Source of the DNA: Epiperipatus broadwayi
Lineage: Eukaryota > Animalia > Onychophora
Direction of reading: 5' to 3'
NCBI GenBank assembly: GCA_028023455.1
Contig: JAQFVV010000008.1
Span: 5,828,001-5,892,000, forward strand
DNA length: 64,000 nt
Shown here one piece after another: positions 26,001 through 39,096 of this stretch. The notes beneath the pieces were generated by a model that saw only the letters and a list, made by a program, of their open reading frames with translations, was not told the origin of the DNA and searched no databases. A program made the position numbers and the translations under genes. How positions within the stretch are numbered: the stretch's first letter is position 1; every line of letters starts with the position of its first letter.

Positions 26001-27959
26001 TTTCTTTCAGATAAAAATGTTTGCTGCCAATATTTGAAAATATAGAAAACATCACAAGATGTCAAACAAATGGATTTAAGACCTAATGCATGATATTAGA
26101 TTTAAAAATTAGCACAAAATAATATGTGAACATTCACTGAAATCGTTTGCATCATTGTGGGTATATACAAAGATTATTACTAAAATCAAAAACAGAGACA
26201 AACTTTTGGCTCCAGAATGGTTATATCGGGAAACCTGGTCTCAATGCTCCTTTCCAGATGATGAGTAACCACCTCAAGATTTTCTACCTCTTCACGCCAG
26301 TTCTACTGCAATTGATATTTGACTGTTTTCCATTATTACATGTTATCAGTGATTCAATGTAATTACAAATAATGTCTTGAATAAATTTTTCTTTTAATAA
26401 AAAAAAACAAAAACAACCATAACCTTTTGTTTCTCTCACATTTTTTATGGTTAAGAAATGATCATACTTATTTACCAGTAGTTATTAATGAAAAAAATGA
26501 ACAATTTATTTTTTTTTATTTATCATATAGTTAGATAACTTGGAAAATCATATGATGTTCAAGCACTAACTATGTGAACATTTTTTCCTTATTAATGAAC
26601 CAAAGTTTGTTTTTTTCCTTCTTCATTTCGATTTCTGTCCACAAATTTTTAGCTTTTGCAAGTAGACTTTTATTCTCAGGCTAAATAGTTAGGATAAATA
26701 TATATATAAAGTAAATATAAATGTCTAATCATCTGTATATCATCTGATATTTAAAGTCTAACAGCAACAGAACTCGTTTTTGTTCAAAAACCCTCAGCCC
26801 TCGAGTCTATCACTGTCATTGAACCATATAAGGCTCTTATTTATTTATTACAAAAAAAAAAAAAATTAAATTTTATTAATCACTAATTTTAAGTAAATCT
26901 TAAAAATAAATTTCTCAGTCACTGTTTTTGTCTTGTGTTTTAAGAAAATGTCAAGTCAGTTACAAAAAGTAACTGAAAATCGTCTTAAATGATAAGTGAG
27001 ACAATTAGTAGATGATCTTGGAAGTGACAAATGTATTATTTCATTTTGTGAAATAAAAGAACTGTTTGGAAAGGCAGCTTTTCATTAATCAAAGCTGTTA
27101 TCAGCTGACTTAGTATTCAGCAACTGAATCATTTCTCACTCTAATGGTTATATACTATCTCACAGTTTTAGTTTAAATCTTAAATTTGCTGCAAGTTCTT
27201 TAATATACTGTATTTTCAAACTCATTTAATCTATAAATGAAATATTAACCACAAATGCCTTGGGAATCCACGTGGTATTAATAGCTTAGTGCAAAAAATA
27301 GTTATTTTTCTAAAGAAAATTAGTTTTTTTTTCTTTCTATATATATTATCCAAGTAGTAAAATAATAGACATTTATATCCAAACTTTATCTCACTAAATA
27401 TATAGTTTTAATAATTTTTTTTTTTTCAAAGCATCAAGCTCATATCTAGTAGAGTTATTTTTTAATGAAAAATAATTTACTAATACATCATCCAGAGATA
27501 ATCATTGTGGGACCAGAAATTTTTTTGCTTTAAATCGTTCATGATTATTATTCGCATAGCTAGTAAACATATTAATTTACTTTATTGTATACTATATAAT
27601 ATATTGTAACTTCTCAATCTAAGTGAAATTGTAAAGAATCAGTCGACAGCGCTTAAACACTAGACGATCAATCTAAATCTTTTTTGCTAATCGATAGCCA
27701 ACATATTGGGCTAGCCAAATTGTAACCTCGTATTTTGACTTTATTTGGAAGGGACTTAGTAAGTAAGAGGTTAACTGTGCTAAAATGGAAATCAGAGGAG
27801 AAGAACTGAAAACGCACTTCTGGTTGTGTTTGTTTGTACTAAAAACGCATTCACGTATGGTTAAACCTTATAAAACTCTAACCCCCATGAATACACTCAC
27901 TTCAGTTTCCAAACAAAATAAATAATCAATGAAAATTGTATATAATTTCTCAGGGATTT

Positions 27960-28240
27960 AAATATTGACTACTAAACTTTTAAAATATATAATTTTTATA
28001 ATATATCAACAATCACTGGTTTATTACTAAATGATTTCGTATTTATATCATTTTGTTTTATCTTTTCATTGTCTACATAACCATAGATTTCTTTTAATAA
28101 ATATTCATTAAGATTTATCGTAATAATTATGTCCGCGCTTTTCTTTAATAAACATTTACTACTATCAAGATGAATATACGTATCAGGTATTTTTATGTAC
28201 CATTCTACTTTTAACTTATTAGATTCAAATTGCAAATATA
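27960..28240 (-). mobile_element. Decayed Penelope-like RT thumb fragment
   Basis: ORF 27996..28235 LKVEWYIKIPDTYIHLDSS..KKSADIII..EIYGY resembles the PLE motif L.T.WYRKPT..Y(L)..S.HP..K..NGYP. Confidence 0.45.
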
Positions 28241-29814
28241 ATGAAAATATTTAAGTAACTTTAAATAAATCAGCAATGTGATGTCTTGACTGGAACTTAA
28301 ATGCTATCAAAATGATGACCAAAGAATAATACTAGATAATTTAGCAAAAATAACATAATTGTTTATTTCACGTAAATAACAAAATAATAATAATAACAAC
28401 AACAAGGAATATAAAAGATGGGCGTTGGAACCCAAGTTTTTTTAATTTCATAATAAAAATGAACCTTACCGCCATGCCAACAACTTACTTTTTCTATTAT
28501 TAAAGGATGTATATAGACATAGAACCCTTCTGCGGACTATGCCACTGGGCAGAGGAGACAATGAGCCAAATAAGGCAAATAATGTGCAACACCTACAGGA
28601 AACCGAACCCTGCAATTGTCCAAATTATTGCCATATATCTAAACAGATCAGTGCCATATTCTTTTTAAGTGCACAAGATGCGGTTTTCTAATAGTAAGAA
28701 ATACTCAGCATCATCCATCAACATTCATTAACAAATTAATGCAGATTACAAACAGAGGCAGGACAATCACAACACCAGATTTGTATCCTGCGACCTGGTC
28801 GCTATTAAAAGAATGGTCAAGATTGTAGCCAAAAATCCAAAGAAAAAGCAAAAATTATTACCAGTTAAATTAACTACATTAAAATAATTTTAACATAGTA
28901 ATATGCAAACATAATATCAAATGATATTTATACACCAAAAGTTTTGTAGTCAAATATATTTTCAACCTTGAGGAACTAACCTCATGAAGTATGTAACTTT
29001 ATACAACAATTTATACAGTTTGAATAAATAATTGCAATGTAAAACTATGTAAATCAAACATGATCGATGTAAACCAAGCATGATTGATGTAAAACCTTTT
29101 TTTTTTTGGAATCAATAAAGTGTCTTTTGAAACAATAATAATGATGGTGATGATGATGATAATAAATACAAATCATCACTATATGATACCTAGGTTTGTC
29201 AAATAATGATAAAAGTTGAAATTTATATTTATACTTCTGAAAGCACCAAAATATGTGCTATATATTGATAAAGGGCCAAAAGAATCTAATAAACATTTAT
29301 TAAAGTTCCTTTATGAAGTAATTTATCAAAAGAATAGTAAAATGTAGTTGAAATCAACTTATTATTTTAATGAATGTGTTTTGTCTCCTATTTATTTTCA
29401 GAAAATCGATGAAAACCATTTGATACTTTCTATTTAAATTTATTGACACTGGCATAACACAAAGTCTTTTGAGCTTAGTTATAATATTTACACTATACTG
29501 CAAAAAATGATATAATTTAAAATTAATAAAATATACAATAGTTTAAAAAATACTATTATGAATAGGTGAATCAATCACTATTGAGAAAAGGTGCTATTGT
29601 AGTCCCTTATATTGTGAGAGTATTTTGTATAGATTAAAATATGTATAAGTAAATATCTAATCAAGTTATAAAAGTAGAAATATATGGCATAGTAAAAATA
29701 AAATGTTATTCCTTTATTCAGTCTAGGATATTGGGTTGAAAAAGAAATTTGTGTTCTTTTTTTAAAAAATGAAATAATAAATATAATAAAGTAAACCATG
29801 GAGAATGAGAAATA

Positions 29815-30884
29815 CACCTGGGTCTCTTTTTACGCGGACTTATTTAACACGATTTTGAAGTTACGCGATTCGTGTTTCACTGGAAGTCGAACTCCAATAT
29901 TGCGCTATTACTTAAAATAATAAATTTTGCGCACTTACGTCATATTGAAAGTAATAGCACATTATTGGAATTCGACTTTCAACTTAGTAATTTCAATATT
30001 TTCAGTGCTTTATAATAGTAAGATTTTATGCAATAATGAAATTAAAATCATGATTTCCACATTTTATGTATACATACATTAAATTTTACAAGATTATAAT
30101 GTAAATTTGTTCAAACATTGTGCGTGTTAATTTTGCATTTTAAATCACATTACGTTTTTGCTTTTTAAAAAAGAACGTAATGAATTATTAATCATTTAGT
30201 GTCCACAAGTTTATTTTTAAAAGGTGAGTAATAGCAGTGGGCGCAATTAAATTTGACAATTAAAAATTAAAATCTGATTTTTAATTGTAATTAACAATTT
30301 AAAAATTACTTACGGCGACTTGAAATAATGTGATGTGAAATTTGATTTTTAAACGAAATTGAAAATTAAAGACAAAAATACGAATTTAATTTTTAGTTGT
30401 TAGTTTCATAAACAATTAATAAAATCATCATCTCAAAGATTAATTACTAATTATGTTGTCACCAGAAAACCATTGACACAACATGAGTGTGAAGTTGGCA
30501 CTAGTTGTTTGCAAACGAATGTGTTTTTCGGCAAATAGCTATAATAATTAAAACGTGTATAAAAAAATGTAAATTACTGTACTGTAAATTATGCATAAAA
30601 ATATATTATTTTGAATAAAATTAAATAATATAGTTAAAAAAAGTTTGTCTTGTATCAATTTTTTTCAAATTTGAAATTTTTTATTAGTCATATTTTATTT
30701 CCTTATTTTTTTTTTTGCGCAAATTTTAAAGTAATTTTATGTTGGTGCCTTGCTTTTATGCGAATTTTGAAAAATCACAGACCGCATCCCCCTTTTTCAA
30801 TGTAAGTTACGTCTATTTTTGCACGATTTCATTTGCGCGTGTTTTCTGAGGAACCTATCTATCGTGTAAAATGAGACCCAGGTG
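29815..30884. mobile_element. Non-autonomous Tc1/mariner-superfamily (pogo/Tigger-like) element, 1070 bp
   Basis: TA|CACCTGGGTCTCtttttacgcg ... cgtgtaaaatGAGACCCAGGTG|TA: TIRs with TA duplication; CpGs retained; no transposase ORF. Confidence 0.85.
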
Positions 30885-30889
30885 TAATT

Positions 30890-33081
30890 AGAAATATTAG
30901 GACAAGGAAAAGAAGTTAGTAAAATTTATGTCTCTTTGAAAGCAGATCAAGATGAATTTATAAGGGCAATGTTGAAGACAATAATGAATCATATAAAACA
31001 AAATCAAGAAAAATTGTCATGAGATTTAATAAATAAGACCGATGAAAATCAAAAAAGGTATTATCAGAATCAGGCAGAGATCAAACAAGAAATGAAACAA
31101 AACCAGAAGTATGACCAGAATCAGGCAAAGATCAAAGAAGAAAATGAAATAAAACTAAAGAAGTGTGACAAGAATCGGGAAAGGATTAGACAAGAAATGA
31201 AGCTAGGACAAGAAATATTAATAAAGATAAAAGAAGGTTAATATGAATTAGAAAATAAATTAAACCAATAGATTAAATATGTGCATATACAATTAGTTCA
31301 GGAAATAAAAATGGGACAAGAACATATACATAATTTAAAAATTAAAGTTAATGAATTAGAAACTAAGGCAGAAGAAACTAAAGATAAAATGCTGGCTAAA
31401 ATCAATAAATTAGAAAATTGTGTAGAAAAAATAAAAAGTTGGAACTAGAAGATGGAAACTAAAATTGAAAAATATAAATTAGAATACCAGACTAAGAATA
31501 AAGTCCAAGAAGTTAATCTATGCAAATGTCAGCAAACAAACAATAGAGATAGAGAAAATACAGAAAAAACAAGAAAAAGAAAATCAAAAGATGCGAAATT
31601 TAAATTAAGAAAAAATCATTTAAATTACAATATTAACTCAGATGTGATACAATCAGAAGTAAATGATTTAAAAGTCTATTCACAATCTCCAATTAACCAA
31701 ATTGAATTAAGTAAAGTAATTGAGAAAATAACTTCAATAGAAGGAAAATAAAAGATTTAGTGCAAAATAAAGAAAAAGGAATTGATGGCACAAAAAGGAA
31801 TTTGGAAGAAAAATGTTAAACAAAAATCAAAAATCTTGTGATAGAGATGAAAAATCAAATTCTACATGAGGTAAACAAATCTAATGATATTTTAATCAAA
31901 ATTATGATAAAAACACAGGAAATCAAAATAACACTGAGATATTTCCATTTAAATAAGACATTATACTGCCATCTATCAATTTTTTTATCAATTGAAAAAG
32001 GGATATTAAATGATGGTGCGAAAGGGATTAACAATACTGTTGAAAATCTTATATTACATAAGGATCAGAAGAATGAACATATAGCAACATTAATGTTTAG
32101 AAACAATATAAAGATAGTTAAATTATAGAAAATTTATAGTAGTATATCAAATTTATTAAGCTTAAAATACTTAAAAGATGAGATTGTGGAAAATCTATGG
32201 AAAATTTAAGAACATTATAAGAGTTACTCTCATTTTATGAGCTGAGTGAAAATGAAAATGTTATTGAGAGTAATCACCTATATGAATCTGCTATAAATTG
32301 GTGAGAATCATTATTCATAAACCCATTACTTTTGGAGACAACTGACAAGCCTTATTAAGTAGTTTTTGAAGTGAACAGAGGCAAGATGACATTCATCATC
32401 AAGTATCTCAGGAAAGATTTAACTCAATTTTTCCCCACCAAGTATCTAAACTTAAGACCTTTACATTATACCCAATATCTGAAGACCAAATTATAAGAGC
32501 CATTAGAGACAACTTGACTCAATGGGTGCAACAAATCTTCCTTACTGTGATAGAGTCTCTTTTGAAGATGTGAGTGAACTATTAAACAACATTGACTTGG
32601 AAAGATTAAAGCAAGAACCTAAAGAAAGAAACTTCAGGGTTGAATGTTTTAAAACATGATTAAGGATTCCAAACTTCAAGCATACTTGTAGAATCACAGA
32701 AGTGTAGTTGACCATGGTATAGGCCTACAAGACATAATTGTGACTTACCAAGAACCTGGGAACTTATGTAATGGGTGTTACCCAAGTACTTGAAATTTTA
32801 TTAACACATGACCTCCAAAGAATATAGCAAAGGTAATAATATCAAAATGTCTTCCTGTACCAACTACAATCTTGTAAAACTAATAGAGACCTCAAAACCC
32901 ATGACTTGAAGATGTTTAATTAATTTCTAAAATAAAAATATATAATTATATAGTCATTGATTTTGTTGTTATGCTTAACTTAGTTAATCCTAAATTATAA
33001 ATAAGAAATTTACTTAAGAAGTTAGTAATGGTTTTATATTACCAGTTGAACTGTTTTCTTTATTTTTATGAGGGATGGGAA
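30890..33081 (+). mobile_element. Probable LTR-retrotransposon internal relic (broken coiled-coil Gag-like frames, ending in a PPT)
   Basis: E/K/Q-rich interrupted frames at 30900-32130 (ORFs 31452, 31838); purine tract gagggatgggaa at 33070-33081 immediately followed by TGTA. Confidence 0.4.
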
Positions 33082-34487
33082 TGTATGGCATGTAATATAT
33101 TACATATCCATCTATAGTATTAATCGTAAATAAATAAAACTATTAAGAATCATTTGTTTGTATTGTAGCCATGTGGTTATTCTGTTGTATTATAACAATA
33201 GTCAACAGCATGCTTCTTAAGTTTAGAGTTAATTGGTTCATTGGAAAATAGTATTTAATCTTCCCATATATTTTTAAGAATAAAAGACATTTATTTCAAT
33301 TTTTTTCCCTCATCCCATGATATAAGAATTTTCAGTTATGATAAACATAAAGTTTAATATTTAAAGTATATTATAAGCTACAAAGGGTTGTAAAAAAGCA
33401 GAACTATAAAATCAGTTAAATAATTTCTTTTCTTTCTCTTTAATAATTTTACCTACTTTTTAGTTTAATTTTTAGTTTTAACATTTACTGAGAAAAAAAC
33501 TTTCTCTTCAGTAAATTATTTAATTTTTTTTTCATTTTAGCATTAAGAGAAATAAAATAAATAAAAATTTATATGTAAAATTTTTTTATATAAGAAAAGA
33601 ACTTTTAACAATTTGATAAACTTAATTTTCATTAAGAAAAGTTTTTTAATTCTTTATCTCTCTCTAAAAGAAAAAAGACAATGTAATTAATCTAATTATC
33701 TTGAGTTTTTTGGCAAGAAAAAAATTTTTAAGTTAAAAAGAAATGTTAAAAAACTATTATTCTAATTTAAGTTTTTGACTTGTTTTCCCATCTTACTGTT
33801 GAAGGAGGGAAATAGTTGAACAATTGTTTTTGTCAAAATTAATCTAATTGGTTATTATTAAATTTTTTCATATATGAGATAGGATTGTGATTGGTTGAAG
33901 ACAGATTTGCTCCAAAAATAGGGGTGTGGGTCAATATGTTGATCCCATTGTTACATAAGAAGCAAGCATTTCTGATCCAGCTGTTGAAGAGGACAATCAG
34001 TTTTAAGCCAGCTGCTGAAGAAGACAGTAGAAGGGAAAAATTTTAATGAAACTGTTGAAGAATAAAGCTGGAGAATTTATCTGTAAAGAGAACACTATGG
34101 GTTTAGCTATAAAAATGTTTTCTAAGAAGAATGAATGCAACTATGTGCTAAGTTTATCTAAAGGCCAAACAGCTTCAACCAAGTAACTTGCTTCACTGAA
34201 AATAACAAAATGTAAAGAAAAAGAAAACACCCCTGAAGTAATCTGCAATATTGTCTCTAACCAAGATCATAAGTGTCTCTATGTATCTATAAATTTTATT
34301 GGAAAGAAAATGAATAAATTCTTGCTAAGGGTTAGCATGAAATATTTTACTGCCAAATAAATAACTTGTATACAGTAACCTGGAAGTGAGAAACCTTTCA
34401 GAAAAAAGCCTATATGGAAACAGTAAATTATAATTGTTAAGAAGGACCCCAAAGAAAATTGAAACCATGGTTCAAGGTATTTTTACA
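33082..34487 (+). mobile_element. Putative 3' LTR (~1.4 kb)
   Basis: Starts TGTA after the PPT and ends TACA; internal ccagctg(t/c)tgaaga(g/a)gaca direct repeat; no partner LTR in the window. Confidence 0.35.
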
Positions 34488-35944
34488 ACACATTATACTT
34501 TCAAGTAGAAATAAAAAAATTATAGGATAGTAATTAATAAGAATGACATTTTCTTGTGAAACATTTTATTCGAGTGACTTTTTTCTTTCAAAATTATAAA
34601 AAGAGGTGTTTTTAGTAACTTAATTTTTATTAAATTTCACATATTTTTTTATTTATTCATTTATTTTTACTCCAAAATTGTACAAAAAATTAAGCTAATT
34701 TAACTCTATCTCTAATTTAAAAATTATTTTTCAATTTCATTTATTGGTAAAAAAAGTTAATTCAATAAATGAATGAAAATCAAATGTTTATTAGTCTTAT
34801 TTTAATATGAAACTATACTGCTGATAAGAATGTATAAATGTAAATTATCATGTCATTTTTTAAATTATTTATCAATTAGTTTATTAAATAATTGTTTAAA
34901 ATATATTTGTGTTAAAGTCTTCTTTCTCCAGCTATCTGCTCCATGAATTAGCAGTATCTGTGACTTAATTTTAATACAACTTAGAGTTTTAGGGATTTTC
35001 AAATTATTCCAGTAAAGTTATTTTAAAATAAATTAGAATGAGCTGTTATGTTTATTTATCTCATGTTCACAGTTCATAAAGTTTTTTCTTTCTGAACTAG
35101 ATTAGAACATAATGGTTATATGGATGTAGGGATTTGTGTGTATGTGTTTGGACATCCAGATGACAACTCTCGATGATGCAAAGGTATTACCTTTAAAGTC
35201 CATTCACTGCATTTTGTTTCTCATTAGAAATTAGGTTTATAGTTGCCTAGTTAATAGTACTATGATGATCAATATGTTTCTATATCCCAGCACAATGTTT
35301 TTATTATTATGAGTTATTGATTAGCACTTAATTATATGCATCCAAATAATTGATATATTCTGCTCTAAGTTTGGCAGTGGCTAGATAAGTAGCCTAGTTT
35401 ATAATATACCTCTTTAAATCCAGTCACAAGGTTGATTGTTGATTGTTCATAATGAGCTAAGGAATATTTTTCTGTAATGCTGGGTAATTTGTAGTTTATA
35501 ATTTATGATTAGTATAATGACTTATATTACAGTTTTATTCATGCTGATCTGTTGACTCTCATACTCCTCTGTTTGTTGGCCATACTCATTGTTCATTGGT
35601 TTTGATTACTTATGGAAGAAATAACGATGTACCATCTCCCCATATCACCTATAATCTTCTGTAATGATATAGTATAATGTTAAATATAATTTATTTTTAA
35701 ATAGTTGAGTTAATTCAAATTCAGAGTGCATGTGAGAGTGAATGTTTATTTTATTTAAGTGAAAATAAAAATAAAATATTTGCAGTATCATATTAAATAA
35801 TAATAAACTTTGTTATAATTATGAAGAAATCACATTCCCGAGCCAATATTAAAAAGAACACATTGTGCCTTATTAACAAAGTAGAATTATTTTCTTTTTA
35901 TTTCATATATATATATGTTGATATGAAAGTTTTCATGGGTTGCA

Positions 35945-36147
35945 TATATAAAAGACATATTTTGCGGGTTCATCCGTGTTAAAATATTTTAAAAAATTGA
36001 TATACTGACATTTCGACTTGGTAACACAAGTCATCCACAGAGTGATAAAAGGTAGAAAGATGGCTGTAGAGTGCTACAATCACTGATTTGAAAAAAACAT
36101 TAAAATATTTTAACATGGATGAACCCTCAAAATATGTCTTTTATATA
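35945..36147. repeat. Inverted repeat (arms 35945-35992 / 36101-36147) enclosing a minimal HHR; probable PLE pLTR relic
   Basis: tatataaaagacatattttgcgggttcatccgtgttaaaatatttta versus taaaatattttaacatggatgaaccctcaaaatatgtcttttatata. Confidence 0.8.
36004..36043 (-). ncRNA. Minimal PLE-type hammerhead ribozyme (A6T, degenerate)
   Basis: ACT-CTGTGGA-T-GACTTG-tgttac-CAAGTC-GAAA-TGTC-AGT: perfect 6-bp stem II, 3-bp stem I, GUC site. Confidence 0.6.
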
Positions 36148-37695
36148 TATATATATGTCTTGGTTAACATTTTATGGATTTGGTGGACAAAATTATAGTG
36201 CATTTTGGGTGAATAAAAAATAATAATCAATTTTTTTAACATGTGAAAAATACTATGCTTAGTAGTTTGAAGTAGTCAATGTTCAGATATGAATTTGAAC
36301 ATTAAGTGGAAAATAACTGAACACCATCTAGGAACAATGTACATGAATTCACGGATCATTGTTATTATCACGGAAATCCTATAGAAAACATAAAAAAAAT
36401 GAAACTATAATTAAAGAAGATCAAAGATATTGGCAGAAATAATCAATGCTGGTATATATAAATGGCTCATGAAAATTATCATTAAATTTATCTTTCTTAT
36501 AGTTTCAACCTATTTAAAAGTATATATATATTAATAGATATCTATTTAAGGTTTTTTTCTTCTTAAAGATTTAAAATAACAACATATATTTTCTTTATAA
36601 TATAATATGAATTTAAATAACTAGATCATGTAAATAAAACTTGATCAATTAATATCAATAAGTTTAGCAAAAATAATTTTAAGAATATATTTAACATTAA
36701 ATTTTTTTTGAATATACATAATTAATTTTATGCAGCTTTTTCTTGATCTAAAATAAAAATTATTTAAATAAATATATACTTTCATTTATAATATATATAT
36801 ATATAAATGTCAGCGTGAAAGATTTCATATATTAACTAAGTTGTGATTGTAAAATATATGTGTCAAAAATTATTTAAAGTATATAATGGACTTCGAAATG
36901 TATAAGTGTTAAACGTAATATTCTTTTTTGTTATTATGTAAATAAATTTGCATATTATTATTAATTAATGCATTCTTTCTCTTTTCTAAAATAGTGATTC
37001 ATCTATTCTATAAATTACATTACTTCATCTTAATTATTTTCAACCATTATTGATCCACTGTATGATGAAGCTCTCTCCAAATTCAATCCACCTTTTCCGA
37101 TCTCTAGCCTCTCTTCTCACTATCACAACATCACATTTCATTACTTCATCCATCTATTTCACATGTGGTCTTTTGTTAGGTCTTTTACAAACTCTTGGAA
37201 TCCAGTTTAATATTTCAATTGTCCATCTATTATCATCTCTTCCAGTAATATGTCTAGCCCAACTCTACTTTTTTAATTTTTTCAATGAGGTCAATACCTG
37301 TATGTTCTCTCACCTATGTACTTCATTTCTGATCTCTTCTTGTTATTCTTAATAAGCAATTCTCCATACTTCATTAAATGGTCTTAAGTCTCAGTATTGC
37401 TCTTTTGTTAAATGTCCGATCCATAAGTAAAAACTGGTAAAATACATTTATTAAAAACCTTTTTCAAATACATATTCATATTTCCTTTTAATATTAAGTT
37501 ATTTCTACCAAAAGCACTCTAACCAAGTTTAATTCTACGATTAATTTCATCCCATGATCACAATTTCCTATACTAGCACATTAATTGTTGATAAACAGAG
37601 CAAAACTCTCCATACAGTATTGCCACCTGTGCTAAACAGAGTAATCAATGGATGCCAGAAGGCTTGTGCATAAAATCCCTATCTAATGCCTACTC

Positions 37696-37754
37696 ATCCA
37701 ATATCCCCAGACTAGTTTCTGGCTTGTGGCCTTCGTCAGTGAGGAGCTTTGGAT
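37696..37754 (-). ncRNA. Type I hammerhead ribozyme, family 1 (core intact)
   Basis: ATCCAA-agc-TCCTCA-CTGACGA-A-GGC-cacaa-GCC-A-GAAAC-TA-GTC^TGGGGA-ta-TTGGAT; palindromic ACTAGT at stem III. Confidence 0.85.
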
Positions 37755-38152
37755 CTGAGAACACTGCATCTAGATCTTAGGATCTAATGCAACCCTCTAG
37801 CAACCACCTTTTATCTCTACTTAACTACAAAACTATGAGAATGAAATTGGAAAACACAAAAAATATTTTCAATCTAAGATCAATAGCTTATATAGTCATA
37901 TGGGTCTGAACTCAGTTCAGCACCCATACATTTTGGTGTCTTTGGCTCTTTTACAACCATAGCCACCACTATCCTATTAGGCAGGATTGGTGTTAAATCA
38001 TTAAGCATCACATGATCACATTTCCTATACTAGCACATTAATTGTTGATAAACAGAGCAAAACTCTCCATACAGTATTGCCACCTGTGCTAAACAGAGTA
38101 ATCAATGGATGCCAGAAGGCTTGTGCATAAAATCCCTAACTAATGCCTACTC

Positions 38153-38211
38153 ATCCAATATCCCCAGACTAGTTTCTGGCTTGTGGCCTTTGTCAGTGAG
38201 GAGCTTTGGAT
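38153..38211 (-). ncRNA. Type I hammerhead, family 1 (G8A)
   Basis: Same fold; core reads CTGACAA. Confidence 0.8.
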
Positions 38212-38608
38212 CTGAGAGCACTGCATCTAGATCTTAGGATCTGATGCAACCCTCTAGCAACCACCTTTTATCTCTACTTAACACAGGTGGAAATACTGTA
38301 TGGAGAGTTTTGCTCTGTTTATCAACAATTAATGTGCTAGTATAGGAAATGTGATCATGTGATGCTTAATGGTTCACACCAATCCTGTCTAATAGGATAG
38401 TGGTGGCTATGGTTGTAAAAGAGCCAAAGGCACCAAAATGTATGGGTGCTGAACTGAGTTCAGACCCATATGACTATATAAGCTATTGAGCTTAGATTAA
38501 AAATATTTTTTGTGTTTTCAATTTCATTCTCATAGTTTTGTAGTAGAGATAAAAGGTGGTTGCTAGAGCGTTGCATTAGATCCTAAGATCTAGATGCAGT
38601 GCTCTCAG

Positions 38609-38667
38609 ATACAAAGCTCCTCACTGATGAAAGCCACAAGCCAGGAACTAGTCTGGGGATATTGAAT
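38609..38667 (+). ncRNA. Type I hammerhead, family 1 (A13G, weakened stems)
   Basis: CTGATGA-aagccacaagcca-GGAAC-TA-GTC-TGGGGA. Confidence 0.75.
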
Positions 38668-39037
38668 GAGTATGCATTAGATAGGAATTTTATGCACAAG
38701 CCTTCTGGCATGGCAATACTGTATGGAGAGTTTTGCTCTGTTTATCAACAATTAATGTGCTAGTATAGGAAATGTGATCATGTGATGCTTAATGGTTTAA
38801 CACCAATCCTGCCTAATAGAATAGTGGTGGCTATGGTTGTAAAAGAGCCAAAGACACCAAAATGGATGGGTGCTGAACTGAGTTCAGACCCATATGACTA
38901 TATAAGCTATTGAGCTTAGATTGAAAATATTTTTTGTGTTTTCAATTTCATTCTCATAGTTTTGTAGTTAAGTAGAGATAAAAGGTGGTTGTTAGAGGGT
39001 TGCATTAGATCCTAAGATCTAGATGCAGTGCTCTCAG

Positions 39038-39096
39038 ATCCAAAGCTCCTCACTGACAAAGGCCATAAGCCAGAAACTAGTCTGGGGATATTGGAT
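39038..39096 (+). ncRNA. Type I hammerhead, family 1 (G8A)
   Basis: ATCCAA-agc-TCCTCA-CTGACAA-AGGC-cataa-GCCA-GAAAC-TA-GTC-TGGGGA-ta-TTGGAT. Confidence 0.8.

Noticed and set aside
26147-26362. Coding-like patch (KLLAPEWLYRETWSQCSFPDDE in another frame)
   Set aside because: No polypyrimidine acceptor and no recognisable family.
28405-28620. tRNA-like A/B-box fragments on the minus strand
   Set aside because: Probably old SINE heads, but no cloverleaf or boundaries could be supported.
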